DNA from: a candidate division WWE3 bacterium CG_4_9_14_3_um_filter_43_9
GTDB taxonomy: Bacteria > Patescibacteriota > CPR3 > GCA-002780085
NCBI GenBank assembly: GCA_002791435.1
Contig: PFXB01000127.1
Coordinates: 1-24,241, forward strand
Reading direction: 5' to 3'
Length of the DNA stretch: 24,241 nucleotides
Shown here one piece after another: positions 17,272-24,241 of the stretch. A model generated the notes under the pieces. The model saw nothing but the letters and a program-made list of their open reading frames with translations. It was not told where the DNA came from and made no database searches. Each line of letters begins with the position of its first letter. The first letter of the stretch is position 1. Both the position numbers and the translations under genes were made by a program.

Positions 17272-17814
17272 ATGGAAAGCGAAAAAGAAAAAGTTCCTGG
17301 TTTCTTTTTAATCGAGGATGCCAATTTTGTCAAAAAGATGAAAGGTCCACGCGGCATTGAAAAACTAAAAAAATTGCTGCCAAGTCTTAATCTTGACAAA
17401 CTCTCGCCGGTACGCAAATATCCTTTGACGCAAGAAATCGAGATGTTGCGCGCGACAGCCAAAGTGGTTTATGGAGATGATTCGCCTGCCTCCTGGGAAA
17501 AATTGGGGCATCATGATTTTGAAACCGTCAGAGATTCAAGTTTGGGAAAAATCTTGCTGTCTTTATGGGGCAACAGCTTCGTCAATCTGGTTAAAAACGG
17601 TAGCCGTCTGTTTTTCTTCTTCGCTCCTTTTGTGAAATTTACGTACGAAAATCTTACCGAGCAGGGAGCAATTTTTACCGTTGAAAATAATCCCTATCCC
17701 AAAGAATACTACCTAGGTCTTTTTAAATCCATCCAAAATATGGTTAAAGCCGGCGGAGAGATAACCGTGACTAAGGTGAACCCCAAAAAACATGTCTATC
17801 GTCTCAAATATTAA
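17272..17814 (+). CDS. DUF2378 / TIGR02265-like protein, paralog 3
   Basis: Clear tandem paralog of 16669-17217 (VPGFFL, RKYPL, YGDDSP.SW.KLG.HDFET, FAPF, NPYPKEYYLG); GGAG SD upstream. Confidence 0.7.
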   Translation: MESEKEKVPGFFLIEDANFVKKMKGPRGIEKLKKLLPSLNLDKLSPVRKYPLTQEIEMLRATAKVVYGDDSPASWEKLGHHDFETVRDSSLGKILLSLWGNSFVNLVKNGSRLFFFFAPFVKFTYENLTEQGAIFTVENNPYPKEYYLGLFKSIQNMVKAGGEITVTKVNPKKHVYRLKY

Positions 17815-17817
17815 CTG

Positions 17818-18561
17818 CTACAGGTTAAGCATGGCCAACATCAGAAGGATTCCTAAGCCGATGCCTAAAAACTGGTTTAAAGCTTGTGAAGGATGAAGTT
17901 CTTTATGGAGTTCAGGCAAAAGATCGGAGCCGGCGATATACAAAAATCCGCCGGCCGTTGCCGGCAGAATATAAAGATAGATGTCTTCAATTTTGATTCT
18001 CACCAAAATCACAACCAAAACCCCCAGCAAAGCTGCCAGTGCCGAAATAAAGTTATAAAGCAACGCTTTTTTACGGGAATAGCCGGCGTGAAGCAAGACC
18101 CCAAAATCGCCGATCTCCTGTGGAATTTCATGGGCTAAAACGGCCAGAGTGGTTGTGATCCCCAAAGTAAAGTTGGCTAAAAAACTGCCGGCAATCAAAA
18201 CCCCATCCAGAAAATTGTGCAGTCCGTCACCGATCAAATTCATGGTGGCAATGCTGCTGCTATGCTCTTTACATTCAGGGTCGTGACAGTGGTGCCACTT
18301 GACCATTTTTTCCAACGTAAAAAAGAGAAAAATGCCGCCCAGAATCAGGAGAGAAATTTTGATCTCCAACCCCATCCTCTCGTAAATATCTGGAATAAGG
18401 TGCAGGAAAACGTCTCCGAAAAGAACGCCGGTGGCAAAAGAGACTAAAAAGGAGATGATCTTTTTTAAATCCTCTTTTTGGAGCGGTAGGAACAAAACCC
18501 CGACTAGGGAGATTGAACTGACAATCAAAACCGCCACCAAAGAATAAACTGCATTAACCAT
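17818..18561 (-). CDS. ZIP (ZupT-like) divalent metal transporter
   Basis: FLHLIPD, His/Cys loop HHCHDPECKEH, GDGLHNFLDG, HEIPQEIGDFGVLL, SDLLPEL. Confidence 0.95.
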   Translation of the reverse strand: MVNAVYSLVAVLIVSSISLVGVLFLPLQKEDLKKIISFLVSFATGVLFGDVFLHLIPDIYERMGLEIKISLLILGGIFLFFTLEKMVKWHHCHDPECKEHSSSIATMNLIGDGLHNFLDGVLIAGSFLANFTLGITTTLAVLAHEIPQEIGDFGVLLHAGYSRKKALLYNFISALAALLGVLVVILVRIKIEDIYLYILPATAGGFLYIAGSDLLPELHKELHPSQALNQFLGIGLGILLMLAMLNL

Positions 18562-18576
18562 AAAAAATAGTATACC

Positions 18577-18600
18577 AGCTTCACTTTAGAAAGTGAAGCT
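18577..18600. promoter_or_regulatory. Perfect 11-2-11 inverted repeat upstream of the ZIP gene (operator or terminator)
   Basis: AGCTTCACTTT-AG-AAAGTGAAGCT, directly upstream of TG-n-TATACT (- strand), which lies 7 nt before the ZIP ATG. Confidence 0.55.
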
Positions 18601-18718
18601 ATGTAATTCTTTCTCCTAAAATCATTTTAGGAGGCTTGACTAAGCAGCGGTTGAATTCTTTGAAGAAGTGCTTGAGACCGGATTGGGTGGCTTTGCCGTG
18701 GGTTTGCGCGTTGGCCAC
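18598..18718 (-). pseudogene. Orphan 3' fragment of an allele of the ABM-like gene
   Basis: 121-bp direct repeat of 19626-19746 with 6 mismatches; encodes VANAQTHGKATQSGLKHFFKEFNRCLVKPPKMILGERIT*. Confidence 0.9.
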
Positions 18719-18940
18719 AAGAAATCTCCACCCATCGGTAGACAGAAAGCCGTAGGGTAAAAATTGTATTCAGAAAAAACTAATCACGACACAACGTTTT
18801 GGCTTTCAAGGCTAGATTTTCCAAGTAGATATTAAATACGAGAAAAAAGGCAATCACCCGCCCCTGGATTTATAAAAGAAACAATTTTGCCATACTTGTT
18901 GTTGGGAAGGTTGTTAGCTTTAGTGCGGATTTTCCGGCGA

Positions 18941-19573
18941 TTAATGACTATGGACAAAACCGGCAGCTTCTTCAACATTGACTGTTTTGGTTTCACGATC
19001 ATCTCCGTATTGGACCAATAAATTTCCACCCGTATCCATTACTAGCCCTTTCCTGCCGGAAGAACCGGTTACACTAACTTGGGCTTCGCTTGTATAAACC
19101 ATTTTAGGATTATCTGGACTGAGGACATAATAACCACGGTCTTTTAACCATCCTGCTTTTCTTGGATCGTCGGTGACGGGTAAAACGATTTCATCGGGTT
19201 GAAGTCCATCTGTTCGCGGTTCAGAAACTCCTCTTCCCAATAAAACTAAATGTTGGATGTCAGTAATATTGACGGTAGCCACAGGGGTTCCGTCCTGCAC
19301 AACAGTAGCGTACAGTTCCGGACTGTCTTTGCCAAGCAAACCCAGGGCCGTCAGACTTATTTTTAAACCCGGGACATCCAATTTTTCACCGCTCAACTCA
19401 TATTCAAAAACACCCAAAGAAGCTGCGGGTCTTTCTCCTTCCGACGCCAGTGTCTTTTCTACTTCAGCTGGTTCAGGAGTAACCCCCTCCGGTCCTTTAC
19501 CACCACTTAAAACAGCAGCAGCTCCGGCAAGAGTGGCGACTTTTAGAAACGTCTTTCTGCTTATTTTCGGCAT
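18941..19573 (-). CDS. Hypothetical exported protein with Tat-like N-terminus
   Basis: SRKTFLK followed by a hydrophobic stretch; strong AAGGAGG SD. Confidence 0.75.
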   Translation of the reverse strand: MPKISRKTFLKVATLAGAAAVLSGGKGPEGVTPEPAEVEKTLASEGERPAASLGVFEYELSGEKLDVPGLKISLTALGLLGKDSPELYATVVQDGTPVATVNITDIQHLVLLGRGVSEPRTDGLQPDEIVLPVTDDPRKAGWLKDRGYYVLSPDNPKMVYTSEAQVSVTGSSGRKGLVMDTGGNLLVQYGDDRETKTVNVEEAAGFVHSH

Positions 19574-19626
19574 AATATTCCTCCTTCTTTTTGTCTTTTC
19601 TTTTATTTTATCATATTCTATAACTG

Positions 19627-19980
19627 CTATATAATTCTTTCTCCTAAAATCATTTTAGGAGGCTTGACTAAGCAGCGGTTGAATTCTTTGAAGAAGTGCT
19701 TGAGACCGGATTTCGTAGCTTTGCCGTGGGTTTGCGCGTTGTCGACTTCCCAATATAAAACGTAGGTGAGAGCCTCTGGTTTACGCGTAAGCTTGATGGC
19801 CGGCTCGCCTCTTTTGGCGCCGCCGAAACTGGTCGGCCGGTGAGTCCGCTTCAGATAGCGCACGTCAAAGACTCCCGGAAATTCGGTATGGTGTTTGATA
19901 ACTTTGCGGATCAGTTCTTCGAACATCTCTTCTTTTTCTACTCTGACGTCATAGATGCAAACTTCAACAAAATGAGACAT
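19627..19980 (-). CDS. Small protein, probable dimeric alpha+beta barrel (ABM/YciI-like)
   Basis: ATG 19980 with AGGAG SD (preferred to the track's 20094 start); pattern EV..YDV..EKEEMFEE....PGV.DVR...Y..YWE...H. Confidence 0.6.
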   Translation of the reverse strand: MSHFVEVCIYDVRVEKEEMFEELIRKVIKHHTEFPGVFDVRYLKRTHRPTSFGGAKRGEPAIKLTRKPEALTYVLYWEVDNAQTHGKATKSGLKHFFKEFNRCLVKPPKMILGERII

Positions 19981-20008
19981 GTTTTTACTCCTTTGGACAA
20001 TCAAAAGG

Positions 20009-20428
20009 TTAAATTGCAGTTTCAAAAATTTCCGGCGGTTGTTTCCCAAAATCGCTGTATCGTAACCAAAAAGGGGCGATTCTAAACCACACACCCGCGG
20101 GCGACTCGAAATAGTCTTTCCACTCGGGATGAATATTCAGGGTATATTCTTTGGCTGCCCTTGCCTCTTTGCCGTAAAGTGCGCAGACTTTGCCGTCAAG
20201 CTGAACAGTCGGGTCATTTTTCAACCCGCCAATAACGAGTGCCACTTGATTATTTTCTTTAATGTTTGGATATTTCCGAGTATTTGTCTCGGTAAAAACA
20301 TACATCTGAAAGTTGTTCTGAATGGTATAAACCAAAACTGCCGCCTCTGGTTTGCCTTCAAGACTTGCCGTGGCTAAAACACACAAGTCATTCTTTTTTA
20401 AAAACTCAAGCACGTCTTTGCTGGTCAT
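20009..20428 (-). CDS. Pyridoxamine 5'-phosphate oxidase-like FMN-binding protein
   Basis: CVLATAS.EGKPEAA, TRKYPNIKENNQVALVI, VQLDG motifs. Confidence 0.88.
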   Translation of the reverse strand: MTSKDVLEFLKKNDLCVLATASLEGKPEAAVLVYTIQNNFQMYVFTETNTRKYPNIKENNQVALVIGGLKNDPTVQLDGKVCALYGKEARAAKEYTLNIHPEWKDYFESPAGVWFRIAPFWLRYSDFGKQPPEIFETAI

Positions 20429-20454
20429 CGGATTTTCTCCTTGTTAAAAAAAGT

Positions 20455-20880
20455 TTACGGCGCTGCTTTTTTGGCTCTTTTGGCTCTTAGTTCAGTCAAT
20501 CCTTTTGCTTCCAGCTCGTCTGCTTTTCTGCGGGCTTCTAAAAATTCCTTATCTTTTGCAAGTCTTCTAAACCACTCACTCTCATAGAAATCTTTGAGGG
20601 TGGCTTTGGCGGATTGAAGATAAGCCACAATTTCCGGGTCACCAGCATGTTCAGGATAATAATCAAACTCAGGAACCGCTCCGTGATATTTTTGAGCCTG
20701 TGGACTTGCGGAGAGTAAATTAGATTCAACCGTAACATCTCGGTTAACATTGCCTTTATGGCAACAATCCTCGAAATCCAAAATCGCCTGGTCTGGGTAC
20801 CCTAATTCAATTCCATCCTCTAAAATTTCCATTATGGTTTCTGGTAAAATTAAACCGTCTTGTTGAGCTGCTTTAAGCAA
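20455..20880 (-). CDS. Hypothetical protein; true start uncertain (frame is open upstream)
   Basis: Protein-like ORF co-oriented with neighbours; the reading frame continues upstream of the track's TTG. Confidence 0.55.
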   Translation of the reverse strand: MLKAAQQDGLILPETIMEILEDGIELGYPDQAILDFEDCCHKGNVNRDVTVESNLLSASPQAQKYHGAVPEFDYYPEHAGDPEIVAYLQSAKATLKDFYESEWFRRLAKDKEFLEARRKADELEAKGLTELRAKRAKKAAP

Positions 20881-21246
20881 AGAACGCTCTTCTTGAGACC
20901 ATGCCTTAAATCCTCCAAATCCTTCTCGTGCATCAAATCGTTCAACACCTGGAATCTGAGTATGTTTTGTTTTCCATTCTATTCCTTTTATTTTGGTGAG
21001 GAGACTGATTTCGTAGTGAGATAAAAAGACAAAAGGAATAAATCTTCTATCCTTTTATCCCGTCATGAAACTGAGTTCTGAAACCAGTTCCGAGTATTGC
21101 GCTTCAACCTTAAGATTGGAGATATGACAAAATTGCCCAAAGCAATTTAAAATCAAAATTAGCTCGCTTGGGCGAGCAAAAGGAAACCTGCCTGCATAAG
21201 CAGGTACCATGAGCGTCAGGCTCAGGGAGATTCATATTTTGTACTT

Positions 21247-21699
21247 TCAATGTTGACCCGTAAGTTTGTCTCTAATGCTCCTCGCTAGATAGAATACTCT
21301 TTCCGCTCTTAGTAAAGATTCATTTTCCTGCTCCGTAACCGCTCCTGGGGGGAATGTCTCAATTATTCGCTCTCCGCCCATTTCATCCCTTGCCATCCAA
21401 AGTGCTATCTCTCCTTGCGATTCCAGATAGTCAGCCACCGCCAACCCTCCTTCGTCTATTGCCACTCTATTATCTAACCAATCTAATACGGTAGTATCTC
21501 TCTTCAAATATGCCTCAAACCTTTGCCGCAACAATCTTCCTTGCACAGAGATTGCATTGTCCCATTTACTAAGACCGGCGTTCCACGCTCCTATTGAAAG
21601 TTCAATCGTCCCTCTTTGTCTTTTCAAGATTCCTCTAGCTTCATGGACAATTTCGGAAAATTCTGCCTTTTCGGCAACAGATGAAAGTTGGTCGGGCAT
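21247..21699 (-). CDS. Hypothetical protein
   Basis: 150-aa ORF with GGAG SD; no family recognised. Confidence 0.65.
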   Translation of the reverse strand: MPDQLSSVAEKAEFSEIVHEARGILKRQRGTIELSIGAWNAGLSKWDNAISVQGRLLRQRFEAYLKRDTTVLDWLDNRVAIDEGGLAVADYLESQGEIALWMARDEMGGERIIETFPPGAVTEQENESLLRAERVFYLARSIRDKLTGQH

Positions 21700-21761
21700 A
21701 ATAGTAAACTCCGTTTTTTTAAATTTCTTTATTGAGATGTTTGATTATCCAGCTTATCATA

Positions 21762-21842
21762 TCAATTTTTCTTGCGTTCCGTATAATACTTTCTTCCCCT
21801 CAGCTCATCCGGTAACAAATTCTTATCTTTATCCGGGTACAT
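21762..21842 (-). pseudogene. Orphan C-terminal gene fragment, RarA/MgsA-like (copy 1)
   Basis: Encodes MYPDKDKNLLPDELRGRKYYTERKKN*; LPxEL.G.+YY resembles the RarA C-terminus. Confidence 0.6.
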
Positions 21843-21870
21843 TTCAGTTTGAACCTTCCCCTGTTCGGCT

Positions 21871-22425
21871 TCACCAATACCCTTTTCCGTAATGAAAGGT
21901 GTTTTTGCTCTGCATGACATAATCGTAAACTGCTTGCGAACAAAGCGGGATAAACATGGTTCCTGCATCGTATTTAATTTCACCTTTAATGTTTTCAAAA
22001 GAAATTTTCCTCATCATCGTCTTAAAACCTACTTTTTCGTAGAGTAGATAGGCTTCCTTTTTCAAGTCAACATTAAAGCAGGCTATATCGCACTTTTCCT
22101 TCTTCAGTAATTTTAATCCTTCTTTCAACATCTTCGTTGCAATACCTTTTCTTCTCATTGATTTTGCAACGCATACTCCACCCGTCCCGCCAAAAACTAT
22201 CTCCTTTTCGCCAAATTTAATTTTTCGTTTGAATAAACCGAGCATTCCGACAATTTTTCTGCCTTGATATGCAAACAGCCTCCCAAACTCTTGAGAGATA
22301 AAATCTTCTTCTATTGACTGCCTGTCTACATCACTAAAACACTCCTTTTGCAGCTTCAAGATAGAACTTTCTTGAAAGGGAGTAAGTTTCTTTTCTACGA
22401 TAAACTTAATTTCAATTTCATTCAT
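21871..22425 (-). CDS. GNAT-family N-acetyltransferase
   Basis: GGVCVAKSMRRKGIATKML (motif A, R-x-x-G-x-A), LYEKVGF. Confidence 0.92.
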   Translation of the reverse strand: MNEIEIKFIVEKKLTPFQESSILKLQKECFSDVDRQSIEEDFISQEFGRLFAYQGRKIVGMLGLFKRKIKFGEKEIVFGGTGGVCVAKSMRRKGIATKMLKEGLKLLKKEKCDIACFNVDLKKEAYLLYEKVGFKTMMRKISFENIKGEIKYDAGTMFIPLCSQAVYDYVMQSKNTFHYGKGYW

Positions 22426-22497
22426 GATGTTTCTTTTTTCTTATAATACTTCCTTCCTTTTAACTCCTCGGGCAACAGGTTGTTTTTTCGGGTAGAG
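22422..22497 (-). pseudogene. Orphan C-terminal gene fragment, RarA/MgsA-like (copy 2)
   Basis: Encodes LYPKK/(frameshift)/NLLPEELKGRKYYKKKETS*; its TGA overlaps the GNAT ATG as ATGA. Confidence 0.6.
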
Positions 22498-22692
22498 GCT
22501 CTATTCCCTCTGGACTTAATTTGAAACAGGCGACGGGCGTTGGCTGAAGTATAAATGATTCAGCATGATTCTATAAGTAAATTAATGGGCTATTAGTCTG
22601 GAAAGCTCGTTTAGTTTCAAAATGGTACTTTCTTACTAAAGAATACTGCGGGTTGAACGAAGTTAGAACCTGTTACTAACATTTTAAGAAAA

Positions 22693-24066
22693 CTAATTAC
22701 CGGATAATGCCTCTAGCAATTTTTTGGTAGCTCGATATTTGATATACTTACCCTCTCTTTCCCCAAGCACCAAGCCCACTTTCTCCAATTCTTTTATGTC
22801 CTTGGCGGCCGTTTGTCTGGAAATACTGCTCAGAATCGCATGAGAAGTAACGGTGGTATGCGTATTACTATCTGAAGCTAGATAATGCAGCAAATGTTTT
22901 TGTCTGTCTGTTAAATATAAATTTGTACTGATGATCTTGTCTATTTCCTTGTTTTCTGAAATTTTTCTAACGACGTATTCATTGAAATCATTGAGGGCTT
23001 GCATTATTTTCCTGATATGAAAATCAAAAAAATAAGTCGCGTCATATGCGTCTTGTTCAGAATAAATATATGCCATTGCATACTGAATAGGAGCTTTTTT
23101 GATAGTTAAAGAAATCGGTAGATACATAAACGTCCAATAATTCTTTCTAAGCAAATACCAGTAAAAAAGAGATCTTGCCAATCTGCCATTTCCATCTGTA
23201 AAGGGATGCAAGTAGCCAAACCAAAAATGTAAAAAAATGGCTTTAATGATTGGATGTAAAAATTTATTATCGTCCGCATCATTCGCATAATCAATTAGTT
23301 TCTCTATTTCTTCTTTGACAAACTTTTCTGCAGGCGGAATATGGGTTATATATTCTTGAGATCCAATTTGGCCCTGTACGACTATTCCGTCTGAATTTTT
23401 TCTTAATCTTCCCTGTTCTTCCCTCTTTATTGTTTTTTCAGTTAACATTCTATGTAACTCGAATAATAATTCTTTCGATAAAGGTTGATTTTTATAAACC
23501 TCATCAATTTTAAAAATCGTATTGTAATTATTTAAAATCATTTGTTCATCTTTATTCCTTGGCTCTCTTTTTTCAACAATCATCTTTTTGGCGGCTTGCC
23601 GTGTTGTATGTGCTCCTTCTAGTTGACTTGAGGCTATAGCTTCTTCTAAAATACCTCTTGAGATAAATTTCTGCTTATTTGAATCCGACAAAACGTCCAT
23701 CGAAGTAAATACTTGACCACCGGAACTAACATCAATTTTATGTAAAAATTCATCAACGTAAGACAATCTAATCCATTTAAAATAATCTCCTTTTTCACTT
23801 TTTATCGGTGTATCCCGCGAAACAATAGTCCTAAATTGCTTAATAAAAAACCAGGCTTCTTCAGAAGTAAAACCATGAGGAGTTTCTTTATGCTTTACTT
23901 CGTCCCAATATAAATATTGCGGCTCATTTCTTCTCTGTAAAAACTGAGCTAATTCTGCTATATTTTCAGTCTTGCCGAATATTTTCCCTCTATCTACTCT
24001 TTTTAAATCAGGCTTATCTAGCTTGAAATAGGGTAAAGTTAAATTTTTACTTGTCATATCTGTCAT
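22693..24066 (-). CDS. Fic-family protein with N-terminal inhibitory motif and C-terminal winged-helix domain
   Basis: HPFTDGNGRLAR catalytic motif; SSQLEG matches (S/T)xxxE(G/N); C-terminal ISRQTAAKDIKELEKVG HTH-like segment. Start may be 24057. Confidence 0.95.
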   Translation of the reverse strand: MTDMTSKNLTLPYFKLDKPDLKRVDRGKIFGKTENIAELAQFLQRRNEPQYLYWDEVKHKETPHGFTSEEAWFFIKQFRTIVSRDTPIKSEKGDYFKWIRLSYVDEFLHKIDVSSGGQVFTSMDVLSDSNKQKFISRGILEEAIASSQLEGAHTTRQAAKKMIVEKREPRNKDEQMILNNYNTIFKIDEVYKNQPLSKELLFELHRMLTEKTIKREEQGRLRKNSDGIVVQGQIGSQEYITHIPPAEKFVKEEIEKLIDYANDADDNKFLHPIIKAIFLHFWFGYLHPFTDGNGRLARSLFYWYLLRKNYWTFMYLPISLTIKKAPIQYAMAYIYSEQDAYDATYFFDFHIRKIMQALNDFNEYVVRKISENKEIDKIISTNLYLTDRQKHLLHYLASDSNTHTTVTSHAILSSISRQTAAKDIKELEKVGLVLGEREGKYIKYRATKKLLEALSGN

Positions 24067-24074
24067 ATTAGATT

Positions 24075-24140
24075 ATGTTAAATACATGTTAAGTATATGT
24101 TAATACTTAACATGTTAACATCCGGCTAAATACATGTCAA
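24075..24140 (-). promoter_or_regulatory. fic promoter overlapped by an ATGTTAA repeat/operator array
   Basis: - strand TTGACA (24140-24135), 17 bp, TAACAT (24117-24112); ATGTTAA at 24075, 24086, 24097 and 24112; 11-6-11 inverted repeat at 24086-24113. Confidence 0.7.
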
Positions 24141-24241
24141 TCCCATAATGCAAACAAGAGGAGGCGGAAAAATTCCAAGTTTCAACGGTGTTTTTAAGTC
24201 GAGCGCTGTGAATACCTGCAGGCTCTGCCGTGTGAGTTGAG

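Noticed and set aside
18832-19029. 65-aa ORF downstream of the Tat-like gene
   Set aside because: It overlaps the preceding gene, has no SD or recognisable motif, and may be decayed sequence.
18598-19746. Diversity-generating retroelement TR/VR pair
   Set aside because: The six mismatches are not adenine-specific on either strand, half are synonymous, and no reverse transcriptase is present.
21762-21998. 78-aa ORF as a real gene
   Set aside because: Most of it overlaps the GNAT in another frame; only the last ~26 codons (the orphan tail) look protein-derived. The GNAT's terminal YGKGYW resembles a RarA motif but is treated as coincidence.
22500-22692. Integron attC site / cassette array
   Set aside because: A CTAAC..TTCGTTCAAC-like stretch is present, but no properly paired RYYYAAC/GTTRRRY boxes were found after the genes and there is no intI.
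1228-23294. Remaining antisense or nested ORFs in the track (e.g. 4310-4687, 7020-7277, 14630-14986, 19257-19634, 21557-21892)
   Set aside because: They are shadows of well-supported genes and have no independent motifs.

Overview
Bacterial chromosomal window; gene content and style suggest a Patescibacteria (CPR, Microgenomates-like) genome, which is an inference. The left ~13 kb is a + strand housekeeping/envelope block: two FemABX-type peptidyltransferases, sbcD-sbcC, a membrane protein, metG, tatD, a membrane GT2, a small membrane protein and a WecA/MraY-family transferase. Nearly every spacer there is filled with modular palindromic REP-like elements and AT-rich 7-9-mer tracts. The middle holds three stand-alone DUF2378-like (TIGR02265-like) genes around a DUF763 gene and a decayed IS1595. 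The right ~6.5 kb is a co-oriented - strand accessory run: ZIP transporter, Tat-like secreted protein, ABM-like protein, PNPOx-like protein, two hypotheticals, GNAT and Fic. The most striking unexplained structure is in that run. Orphan, diverged copies of gene 3' ends bracket cargo genes: a 121-bp tail of the ABM-like gene, and two RarA/MgsA-like tails, one of which still overlaps the GNAT start as ATGA. This suggests stepwise accretion of tail+cargo modules at gene 3' ends. No rRNA, tRNA, CRISPR array, integrase or reverse transcriptase was recognised.
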